Source: an uncultured bacterium (lineage in GTDB: Bacteria > Planctomycetota > Phycisphaerae > Sedimentisphaerales > Anaerobacaceae). Taken from it: a DNA stretch of 38,234 bases. The position numbers and the translations under genes were made by a program. The stretch spans positions 1-38,234 of the forward strand of contig CAJVYK010000001.1 of the NCBI GenBank assembly GCA_913009865.1, given 5' to 3'. Positions 17,786-25,177 of the stretch are shown one piece after another (positions within the stretch are counted from its first letter, which is position 1; each line of letters starts with the position of its first letter). The notes beneath the pieces are model-generated. The model did not search any database. It had not been told where the DNA came from and worked only from the letters and a program-made list of their open reading frames with translations.

Positions 17786-18380
17786 ATATTCTGCCGAGCC
17801 AGCCGGGCCTGTTAAATGGCTCCGCTACACCGCCGTTTCTGCTGACAATGCGAAAGTCCGCAATCCGTTCGCTTTTAACGGTATTGTCGAATGCAATGTC
17901 GCTTGTCCGGACTATGCCGCTTACCTCGATGATTTGCTTATCACCTGCGATATTACGGTTGCGAGTCCCCATAACCACAAGATTGCCGTTCGGCAGGATG
18001 TCTATCACCACTACCGTAACCGAATCGATGAAGCTGCGTTCGTCTTTGAAATCGGCTTTACCTTTCAGCTCGTTACTGGATTTGGCCGTCATATTAAAAC
18101 CGGGGATGCTGGGCAGAATATGGTCAATCCCCAGTTTCCCATCGAAGGTTGTTGACCGGTCGGTTTCTTTTTTAAGGTCTCTTTTTGCCTTGTTTTCGAC
18201 CTTGCTGTCTTCGGTAATCGTAATGGTCAGGATGTCGCCTATGTGGCGAGCTACATCGTCGGCGTATAAATCCGGCATATTCCTGTCTCTCCTGGCCCAG
18301 ATGGAGCCGGCCTGCGAGACAGCCGGCGAGGCAAGTAGAAAAGCTATTAAAACAAGCGCTGAAACCATTCTATTGTTCAT
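17763..18380 (-). CDS. flgH: Flagellar L-ring protein FlgH.
   Basis: GSIWARRDRNMPDLYADDVARHIGDILTITITE matches the FlgH core pattern (lf.D.rA..vGDilTV.i.E), and NGNLVVMGTRNRNIAGDKQIIEVSGIVR is also present. An N-terminal signal peptide is present, but the protein contains no cysteine at all. Confidence 0.9.
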   Translation of the reverse strand: MNNRMVSALVLIAFLLASPAVSQAGSIWARRDRNMPDLYADDVARHIGDILTITITEDSKVENKAKRDLKKETDRSTTFDGKLGIDHILPSIPGFNMTAKSSNELKGKADFKDERSFIDSVTVVVIDILPNGNLVVMGTRNRNIAGDKQIIEVSGIVRTSDIAFDNTVKSERIADFRIVSRNGGVAEPFNRPGWLGRIFDIIRPF

Positions 18381-18391
18381 TGTTTCTCCTT

Positions 18392-19378
18392 TTAAAAAAC
18401 AGGCTCTACAGTTCCATCTTCATTGACTTTTGCAAAAATTATCCGGCGTGAGTCCACGTTTCGCACTTTTATATATTCACCTGCCCTGGCCTTTTGCATA
18501 GTTTTTCCGATGGCTGTAATCAGAAGTCCCGGTCTTTCAAGTCGAATGACGACGGTTTGATTTCGGTTAAGCAGAATCGGCGGCTTCACAGCCCCTGCCA
18601 TATTCGGACGAATCACAGTGTTGGCTCCCAGTCGGCGTTTGGTGATAAGACCATAAGGAGGGCTCCAGTTGGCAGGCTCGGGATAGTTTTCAATGCTCTT
18701 TTCTATCCTGACATTCTCAGGGCTGATGACCGTACCTGCGTCGAGTTCGGCCAGTGTTACCACTCTGCGGTAATTGTATTTCAACCGGAAAGTTATTTCA
18801 CGAGTCCCTATCTGTTTGCCGTCGGCAAGTACTGCAATCCGAACCCCGGCCTGGTTTGCAGCACTGCTTCCGGCCAGACGTGGGGACAATTTTATATCTT
18901 TGCTCGCTGTGGGTACGACTAAATCTGCCGGTATCCGTATCGGATTCAGTTGGCAAACAGAATCAGCAGGCGGATTTTTTTCCAGAAAGAGTAAAGCCAG
19001 CTCAACGAATTTGCCGCCCTTGATGATTTGCTGCTGCTGTTTTATCGTTATTTTTTCGGCGCCGGTTAATGTTACTTTAGAAGCCGGGATTCCATTGGAG
19101 GCCAATCTGCTAAGAACAGTCGGCCGGTCAATTATCATTTTCTGACCTGGAACTGAAATCCGCCCTAAGGCAATCTCACCTGCCCTGGCTACGAGAGATT
19201 CTTCGCCCCTGATTATGCCGACCCTGCCCAGACGGACGGTATTGTCCTTAACTGTAACTTCTCTGAGCAGATAAACCTCTATCGTATTGCGCGTATTTTC
19301 GCACAACGCATCGGATGCAGTGCACAACGAATACAGCAGGGAAGTAATTAAGATAAGCCGGATTGTTTTACCGCTCAT
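18392..19378 (-). CDS. flgA: P-ring assembly chaperone FlgA (long form, 328 aa).
   Basis: It has a signal peptide (MSGKTIRLILITSLLYSLCTA). The C-terminus GEYIKVRNVDSRRIIFAKVNEDGTVEPVF is FlgA-typical. It sits between flgG and flgH. Confidence 0.75.
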   Translation of the reverse strand: MSGKTIRLILITSLLYSLCTASDALCENTRNTIEVYLLREVTVKDNTVRLGRVGIIRGEESLVARAGEIALGRISVPGQKMIIDRPTVLSRLASNGIPASKVTLTGAEKITIKQQQQIIKGGKFVELALLFLEKNPPADSVCQLNPIRIPADLVVPTASKDIKLSPRLAGSSAANQAGVRIAVLADGKQIGTREITFRLKYNYRRVVTLAELDAGTVISPENVRIEKSIENYPEPANWSPPYGLITKRRLGANTVIRPNMAGAVKPPILLNRNQTVVIRLERPGLLITAIGKTMQKARAGEYIKVRNVDSRRIIFAKVNEDGTVEPVF

Positions 19379-19387
19379 AATGTTCCT

Positions 19388-20173
19388 TTATCTGACTATT
19401 TGATTTGCCGTTCGAAGCATATCGTCACCTGCCTTTATTGCGCGGGAGTTTATCTCGTATGCTCGTTGGGCGGTTATAAGATTGACCAGTTCGGTTACCA
19501 TTTGGACATTGGATTTCTCCAGAAACCCCGACTGGATAGCGCCGAAGCCGTTTTCTCCGGCTGTGCCGGTCGTAGGTGTGCCGCTTGCCCCGGTTTCGGT
19601 CAGCAGGTTGTCTCCTTCACTGGAAAGCCCCGACGGGTTGGGAAAACGTGCCAACTGAATAGTACCTACAACTGATTGTGTCCCCGCAGCATCAGTAATA
19701 TTGACACTTCCATCCTTGCCGATATCAACCGAGGTGGCATCTGTCGGAATGCTGATAGCCGGTTCTATAGAATAACCGATGGCTGTAACTAACTGGCCGT
19801 CAGCGTTCATTTGCAGCGCTCCGTCGCGGGTATAATTTATGTCTCCGGTTGGCATACTTACCTGAAGGAAGCCGTCCCCTCTAATGGCTATATCGAGTTT
19901 TCGGCCGGTGTTCTGAAACTCGCCGGCTGTAAAAACCTTTACCGTAGAGGCGGCACGGACTCCGCTTCCTATTTCCATACCGCCCGGAGAGGTTATACCT
20001 GAAACCACCTCTGTGCCGGCCTCCCTCATCTTGACATAAAGCAAATCCTGGAAGTCAATCTGGCTTCGCTTGAAGCCGGTGGTGTTGATGTTGGCAAGGT
20101 TATTGGCGATAACATCCACCATCATTTGCTGTGCTGTCATACCTGTCGCTGCGGTTGAAAATGCTCTCAACAT
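19388..20173 (-). CDS. flgG: Distal rod protein FlgG.
   Basis: The N-terminus is MLRAFSTAATGMTAQQMMVDVIANNLANINTTGFKRSQIDFQDLLY. The C-terminus is LEKSNVQMVTELVNLITAQRAYEINSRAIKAGDDML. The length is 261 aa. Confidence 0.92.
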   Translation of the reverse strand: MLRAFSTAATGMTAQQMMVDVIANNLANINTTGFKRSQIDFQDLLYVKMREAGTEVVSGITSPGGMEIGSGVRAASTVKVFTAGEFQNTGRKLDIAIRGDGFLQVSMPTGDINYTRDGALQMNADGQLVTAIGYSIEPAISIPTDATSVDIGKDGSVNITDAAGTQSVVGTIQLARFPNPSGLSSEGDNLLTETGASGTPTTGTAGENGFGAIQSGFLEKSNVQMVTELVNLITAQRAYEINSRAIKAGDDMLRTANQIVR

Positions 20174-20195
20174 AATACCATTCTCCTTATCTTAT

Positions 20196-20224
20196 TAGCG
20201 GATAAGAGAAAAAACTATCCGCTA
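20196..20224 (-). other. Hairpin in the flgF-flgG spacer, possibly an mRNA stability or processing element.
   Basis: The sequence tagcggat...atccgcta forms an 8-bp stem with a 13-nt loop. There is no U-run, so it is not an obvious terminator. Confidence 0.25.
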
Positions 20225-20235
20225 TACGCTGTAAA

Positions 20236-20970
20236 TTAGCCCATGGCTACACTCATAAGACTGCTGCCGGCTTCTTTTTTGGCTGAGATGAATTTCATAT
20301 TCGCTTCGTAGAGCCGGGAGACCATTATCATATTTACTAACTCGTCAACCATCTTAACGTTGGATGACTCCTGGTAGCCCTGTTTTACAACTATATGTTC
20401 GGCTGCAACCGGCTTTATATTCTCCGGCATCCGAAAGCAGCTTGCCCCTGCAGGGACAAGTTTGTTTTCGCTCTTTTCGAAATCGACAAGTTTGAATTTG
20501 CCTATAGTTACGCCGTCTGCACTGATGCTTCCATTACTTGAGACATTCAGTTGTGAAAGCCCAATGCCGGTCGGTATCATAATTGGGCCTGCTTCGCCCG
20601 CTACACTTCTTCCCTGAGAATCCACTATCTGGCCATTTTGGTTCGTGCGGAATGTACCATTGCGGGTGTAAAGCGGCCCCTGGGGTGTTTCTATCACGAA
20701 AAAACCTTTGCCGTACATCGCAAAATCCAACGGTCGGCCTGTCTCCACAATACTGCCCTGGGAGAAATCAAAGGTCGCATTCAAGGCAACTGTGCCGGGT
20801 GATTCTGTTCCCGCCGGCGCCTCTTCTTGGGCCTTAAGGGATTTTGAAAATGCGTTGCATCTACGCTTGTATCCGACCGTACTTACGTTGGCCAGATTGT
20901 GCGTAATGATATTAAATTCCCGCATTAACGTATTAATGCTTGAACTGACCTGGGCTCCTAATTCTGCCAT
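20236..20970 (-). CDS. flgF: Proximal rod protein FlgF.
   Basis: It has the rod-family N-terminus INTLMREFNIITHNLANVSTVGYKR and C-terminus ESSNVKMVDELVNMIMVSRLYEANMKF. It is 244 aa and lies upstream of flgG. Confidence 0.8.
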   Translation of the reverse strand: MAELGAQVSSSINTLMREFNIITHNLANVSTVGYKRRCNAFSKSLKAQEEAPAGTESPGTVALNATFDFSQGSIVETGRPLDFAMYGKGFFVIETPQGPLYTRNGTFRTNQNGQIVDSQGRSVAGEAGPIMIPTGIGLSQLNVSSNGSISADGVTIGKFKLVDFEKSENKLVPAGASCFRMPENIKPVAAEHIVVKQGYQESSNVKMVDELVNMIMVSRLYEANMKFISAKKEAGSSLMSVAMG

Positions 20971-20971
20971 T

Positions 20972-22264
20972 TTAGACTCCCTGCACCGCCGTGGGTTCCT
21001 GAGCGACTCCTTCCGCCCCCTGCTTGTTGCCGGCGGGGGACGGAATATCCTGACCTTCGGGGCCGGTTCTTAAAGAAGCTGCGTTGGTATCGCAGATTAG
21101 CTCATTAACGTCTGAGTCGTTTAGGCCTATTAATTCAACTGCTATTGACAAACCATTTTGTATAGCTTTGGCGTGCCTGACTTCGCCAATATCTTCTACC
21201 ATTTTTGATGCCGCCGTTTCTTCGCCCAATCTAAACACTACCAACACTCTATCACCTACCTCTACCTCTACCTCTAACGGAACCTCCATACGTAAACCAG
21301 GACCAGCCAGCTCGGTAACAACTGCGGGGACAAATTCCGGTGGTCCCCAGGGGCAGCCGGAAGTTACCTGCTTACTGCCGGCAGGGACTTGCTCCGCCTC
21401 GGAACCGGCTTTGCTGCTATCACCATCTCCGACAAGCGTCCTTGTGAAAGGAAAGCGTGCGATGAAGGCCGGCTTGTTTACCGCAACACGCAGGAAACGG
21501 CGGCGATTAATGAATCGAACGTTATCGCTGTGATTCAATACCAATATGTTACCGCTGGAGCCGGCCACGGAGGCATCAAACTCCCAGACCGACGCACCAA
21601 AATAATAACGCGCACGCCAAAACTCTCCGGGCGTACTTTCCAATGGTGTTGTTAATTTAAGCGTCAGCTCTGTATCATTATTTTTTATGACGGTGGACTC
21701 CATATTGCCCGAATTACGATTTATACGACGTGTTATATGAAGTTTTTTACCTATGGGAATCTGTCTGCTGCTTAACTTTTTCAGCTTCGTTGTCGAGCCT
21801 ATCGAGGCGAGAAGCTGTTTTCTAAACCCGAGCTTTTCACGCAGGAAAGACAGTTCGGTTCTCAACATGTTGCTTCCGTCAACACCATTCCGGGCGATAC
21901 TTTCTTCTATCATTTTGGAGGCTCCACGGTCAAATGCGCTGCCCAGAGCGAAAATCGCTTCGCTTCGCTTCAACCCTGCTTTACTTGCTGTATCCAGCAG
22001 AATTTGACGTTCACGCCTGCTCAGCCCCCTCTTCTCAGCATACTCGGCAAATAGCTGGCTGGTAACCTTCAGTTCCTGCGCTGTTCTACGTTTGCTAACC
22101 ACAAAAAACAGTACGACTAATATGATTATGGCAGCCGCACATCCTATAATAAACCACTCTTCGGCTATAGGATTGCTATCGAACTGGCGTGCGGCCTGCC
22201 ACCGTTGGACAGGCGTCATCGCCAAAAAGAAACTAAAAGCTGAAAAGTGAAAGCTAAAAGTCAT
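20972..22264 (-). CDS. Membrane-anchored YcgR-like PilZ-domain protein, a candidate c-di-GMP-responsive flagellar brake.
   Basis: It has one TM helix (WFIIGCAAAIIILVVLFFVV). A PilZN-like beta region (IPIGKKLHITRR...TELTLKLTTP) follows. The PilZ motif 1 is NRRRFLRV (RxxxR), and a motif-2-like sequence VTELAGPGLRMEV (compare D/NxSxxG) follows after an unusually long insert. The annotated start lies inside an AT-rich repeat, so an alternative start at M16 (22219) is likely. Confidence 0.65.
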   Translation of the reverse strand: MTFSFHFSAFSFFLAMTPVQRWQAARQFDSNPIAEEWFIIGCAAAIIILVVLFFVVSKRRTAQELKVTSQLFAEYAEKRGLSRRERQILLDTASKAGLKRSEAIFALGSAFDRGASKMIEESIARNGVDGSNMLRTELSFLREKLGFRKQLLASIGSTTKLKKLSSRQIPIGKKLHITRRINRNSGNMESTVIKNNDTELTLKLTTPLESTPGEFWRARYYFGASVWEFDASVAGSSGNILVLNHSDNVRFINRRRFLRVAVNKPAFIARFPFTRTLVGDGDSSKAGSEAEQVPAGSKQVTSGCPWGPPEFVPAVVTELAGPGLRMEVPLEVEVEVGDRVLVVFRLGEETAASKMVEDIGEVRHAKAIQNGLSIAVELIGLNDSDVNELICDTNAASLRTGPEGQDIPSPAGNKQGAEGVAQEPTAVQGV

Positions 22265-22296
22265 AATGTAAAATTCAAAATTAATCTTTGATTTTT
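22241..22296. repeat. AT-rich intergenic repeat module (copy X) between the flgE stop and the PilZ gene.
   Basis: About 28 of 36 positions are identical between 22247-22282 and 29554-29589. It also shares tgaaaagtga (22241-22250 = 36759-36768), aatgtaaaatt (22265-22275, the reverse complement of 36888-36898) and atctttgattttt (22284-22296, the reverse complement of the first 13 nt of the 62-nt element). Confidence 0.45.
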
Positions 22297-23977
22297 ATCT
22301 GATTAGACTGGTCAGTTCCCGCAGTATTTCGTTGGCAACTCTGATGGTTCTGGCATTGGCCTGGAAGCCGTTTTGGGCCTGAATCATATTGACGAACTCG
22401 ATTGCCACATCGGCGTTGGATTTTTCCAATGCTCCACCGTGAATAGAGCCGGCGCCGCCGGTCATAGCCTGGGTGGCTACCGCCTCACCTGAGTTGGCCG
22501 ACGGAGTGAAGTATCCACCACCGACGCTTTCCAGGCCTGCTGTATTTTGAAACAACGCTATCTGTATGGTGGCAATGTTTTTCTTGATACCGTTGGAGAA
22601 AGCGCCGATAAGTACACCTTCGTTATTAACCGAGACGGTGGAAAGCCGGCCTGCCTCGTAGCCGTCCTGCTCCCTTGCCACTGCGGTAGAGTTTCCGGCA
22701 AACTGTGTCAGGCCGTCCAGCTGGCCTGTGGTACCCATCGATATTGCAATAGATTGTGGACTCGATGTATCATGTGCAAACGTTACTTCAAATTGGGCCA
22801 AATCACCGATGGTAGCGTTTAAACCGGAGTAAGAACCATCGCCGGCATCGAATTCTATACCCCTGATTCGCCGATTATCGAGAGTTATATCATTGATATT
22901 GCCGGTGATTGAGGTAAGTACCATATCCCATGTATTGGCGGTGTCCGCTCGGACGAATGCACCGGAAAGAACATGTTTGCCTCCCTGAGAATCGTAAACT
23001 GTAATGTTGATGGTTTTGACTTCATCTCCACCGACAGTGGTTACCTCGAAATAGGACGGCATCGTCAGTGAAGCGCTGCCATCATCCGCAAACGCCAGCT
23101 TTATATCCGACAGGCTATAACCGCTGTCCACATCGGTTATGCGTATTTTGCCATTGACCAAAGATGCCGCCTGCTCAGTGGAGGTAAGAACATTGTTATT
23201 CAAATGGTCAATAACGTCCTGCAAAGTAGTAGCCCCGGTAACAGTCAGGCCTGTGTCGCTTAAAGCATTGCCGCTTGGGTCGTAACCGGAGGCCGTAATC
23301 GTGGTAGTTGTACCAAACGTTCCGCTGAATTGGTCGAGCTGGTCGAGTTCTGTGCTGCCGATAGCTGTGGTGCCGTTGTTTGTTGTATAAGCTATATTGG
23401 AAGTCAGCATATTTGTTTGTGTTGCAGGAAGTGTCGCATCGGCACTTAGGTTGCCGGCTACTTTCACTGCTGATGTGGCATTTGCCGCCATTGCTACATC
23501 GTAAGGAACGTTAATATCGCTGTTGCCGGCAGTCTGAAAACCGTCACTTTCACCTACTGAACCGATACGCTGGATGGTATAGCCCGTAGCAGGGTCGACC
23601 AGATTCGAGTTTGCGTCAACCGCGAACACACCTGCACGAGTGTAGAGACTTTGTGAACCGTCACTCAATACAAAATAGCCTTCTCCTTCTAACGCCAGGT
23701 CCAGGGGATTGCCTGTATTTACGATATTGCCCTGTGCCATATTGGGGGCTATACCGCTTACCCCAACACCGCTGCCCATCTGCTGAGGATTGGTGCCGCC
23801 GACGGTAGCCGTTGCCTGCGACGCCTTTTTTATCGTCTCACTCAGCAGCTCCGAGAAGGTTATCCTGCTGGCCTTAAAAGCGGTAGTATTGACATTGGCC
23901 AGATTGTTGCCGGCTATATCAAGCATTTTTTGGTGGGCTTGTAACCCGGTAACTCCAGATGACAATGCAAAACTCAT
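22295..23977 (-). CDS. flgE: Flagellar hook protein FlgE.
   Basis: The N-terminus is MSFALSSGVTGLQAHQKMLDIAGNNLANVNTTAFKASRITFSELL. The C-terminus is LEKSNADVAIEFVNMIQAQNGFQANARTIRVANEILRELTSLI. The length is 560 aa. Confidence 0.9.
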   Translation of the reverse strand: MSFALSSGVTGLQAHQKMLDIAGNNLANVNTTAFKASRITFSELLSETIKKASQATATVGGTNPQQMGSGVGVSGIAPNMAQGNIVNTGNPLDLALEGEGYFVLSDGSQSLYTRAGVFAVDANSNLVDPATGYTIQRIGSVGESDGFQTAGNSDINVPYDVAMAANATSAVKVAGNLSADATLPATQTNMLTSNIAYTTNNGTTAIGSTELDQLDQFSGTFGTTTTITASGYDPSGNALSDTGLTVTGATTLQDVIDHLNNNVLTSTEQAASLVNGKIRITDVDSGYSLSDIKLAFADDGSASLTMPSYFEVTTVGGDEVKTINITVYDSQGGKHVLSGAFVRADTANTWDMVLTSITGNINDITLDNRRIRGIEFDAGDGSYSGLNATIGDLAQFEVTFAHDTSSPQSIAISMGTTGQLDGLTQFAGNSTAVAREQDGYEAGRLSTVSVNNEGVLIGAFSNGIKKNIATIQIALFQNTAGLESVGGGYFTPSANSGEAVATQAMTGGAGSIHGGALEKSNADVAIEFVNMIQAQNGFQANARTIRVANEILRELTSLIR

Positions 23978-24025
23978 TTTTCTTTCTCCTTATATTCCTG
24001 GAACATTTAGAATCTCAATTTGACT

Positions 24026-24406
24026 TTAGTTTTTGACCGACATTACCTCTTCTATACCGACCATATAGCTGCCTACTACCAGAAGGTTTTCTCCATCTTC
24101 TTTGTAAACCTGCTCAACTACACCGCTGGTGATATCTTTGGCGCCTGTCTCTGTTTCCGTGATGAATGAAACCTGCTTGCCTATCAGCGAATTGGCGTAG
24201 GTGCTGTTGGCAACGGCAAGGACCTCCGCGAAGTTCGAATTCATTGACTCAAGCTGCTGCAGTTGCGAGAACTGCGCCAGTTGAGAAGCCATTTCGTTAT
24301 TATCCAACGGTTCAAGAGGATTCTGGTTTTGTAACTGCGTTACCAGAAGTTTCATATAATCCATCTGGGCGCTGCTTGCTGTCGCTGTTGGTGATAATTG
24401 CTCCAT
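24026..24406 (-). CDS. flgD: Hook capping/assembly protein FlgD (short, 126 aa).
   Basis: It carries DYMKLLVTQLQNQNPLEPLDNNEMASQLAQFSQLQQLESMN, the FlgD N-terminal signature. An AAGGTGG RBS lies upstream. Confidence 0.85.
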   Translation of the reverse strand: MEQLSPTATASSAQMDYMKLLVTQLQNQNPLEPLDNNEMASQLAQFSQLQQLESMNSNFAEVLAVANSTYANSLIGKQVSFITETETGAKDITSGVVEQVYKEDGENLLVVGSYMVGIEEVMSVKN

Positions 24407-24513
24407 AAGTTTTCCACCTTCTTAAATTAAAAAGACCAAAAACCAAACAAGGTTTCTTTTCGAAACGATGCTGCTCGATGCCATACTGGCACAAGTCAGC
24501 AATCAATGAGTGA

Positions 24514-24528
24514 GCAATTGGTGTGCCA
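24514..24528 (-). promoter_or_regulatory. Sigma-54 promoter for the flgD-to-flgL operon.
   Basis: The plus strand reads gcaattggtgtgcca, so the minus strand reads TGGCAC-ACCAA-TTGC. This is an exact match to TGGCAC-N5-TTGC. It lies about 108 nt upstream of the flgD ATG. Confidence 0.7.
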
Positions 24529-24546
24529 CATTGAAGCCATTAATTG

Positions 24547-24696
24547 TTGATTATTGACTATTAACCATTGGCCTTGTCGGTTTTGTGATGGATAACTTCT
24601 TTTTAGAACAGACGTTAAGGGAGTTTGAAAATTGATTGCTGATTATTGATTGTCAAACTGCCGGTCATTAATTACCAATTATCGGTTATCAATAAG
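24547..24696. promoter_or_regulatory. Cluster of TTGATTATTGA-type repeats upstream of the flgD sigma-54 promoter, a candidate enhancer (UAS) for a sigma-54 activator.
   Basis: The repeats are ttgattattgac (24547-24558), attgattgctgattattgattgtcaa (24631-24656) and cattaattaccaattatcggttatcaataag (24666-24696). They lie 20-170 bp upstream of the -24 box, relative to the minus strand. TTGAC/GTCAA half-sites are present. Confidence 0.3.
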
Positions 24697-24980
24697 AAGT
24701 TGTTGTGGAGGATAAATTTTCCTACAACCAGAAAATTTTGCCGGGTCTGGTTTGATAGTTGTGCCGTTTTTTTTGTTTCGGCCTACCTGGTGACATTGAA
24801 CTTTTACTTGAGCGAAGCGAAGCAACGTCCTATAAAAATTGATACTGTGTCTTTGTTGGTTTTGGTTTTTTGTTTTGCTAAAATGTCCGATAAAATTATG
24901 GCAGAAGATTAATTCGTTCTTGGGTTGATAAAACGGTGACATTATTGGCCGGTCCCATAAAAAATTAAAGTTGTCGCAGC

Positions 24981-25009
24981 TTTTTGTCGATTTGTCGGAT
25001 AGCTATAAT
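24981..25009 (+). promoter_or_regulatory. Possible sigma-70-type promoter for the first activator gene.
   Basis: A perfect TATAAT lies at 25004-25009. It sits 17 nt downstream of a weak -35-like tttttg, within a triple ttgtcg repeat (24971-24997). It is about 170 nt upstream of the ATG at 25178. Confidence 0.25.
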
Positions 25010-25177
25010 CCATATAGCCTATATAACCTGTACGATGAAAAACGATTTGGATTTGATATTCTCTCTTTACACTTTGTGTTCTCTATGGCGGAAAAGAGTA
25101 AGAAGTAAAAAAGCCGCAGAGCGCATAAGTGAAAAAATAACACCTTTGGGATAAAACTTATAGTTTAGGGGCCAAGG

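Noticed and set aside
12794-18426. Antisense ORFs inside flgL, flgK, flgI, flgH and flgA, for example 12794-13333, 14028-14282, 16665-17030, 17776-18426 and 18494-18922.
   Set aside because: Each lies fully within, and opposite to, a gene with strong flagellar family motifs. Their translations are Ser/Pro/Arg-rich, which is typical of antisense frames, and they have no RBS or gene context.
24487-24503. Plus-strand TGGCAC-AAGTC-AGCA as a second sigma-54 promoter facing the FleQ-like gene.
   Set aside because: The GG-to-GC spacing is N9 rather than N10, there is no TTGC, and the site lies about 680 bp from the gene. It is noted only as half of an inverted TGGCAC pair.
24646-24942. ORFs 24646-24912 (+) and 24679-24942 (-) in the large control region, plus a 39-codon ORF at 25035-25154.
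   Set aside because: They have no Shine-Dalgarno sequence. The composition is AT-rich and low-complexity, and the two mutually overlapping frames are typical of non-coding DNA. They are kept only as part of the possible-sRNA comment.
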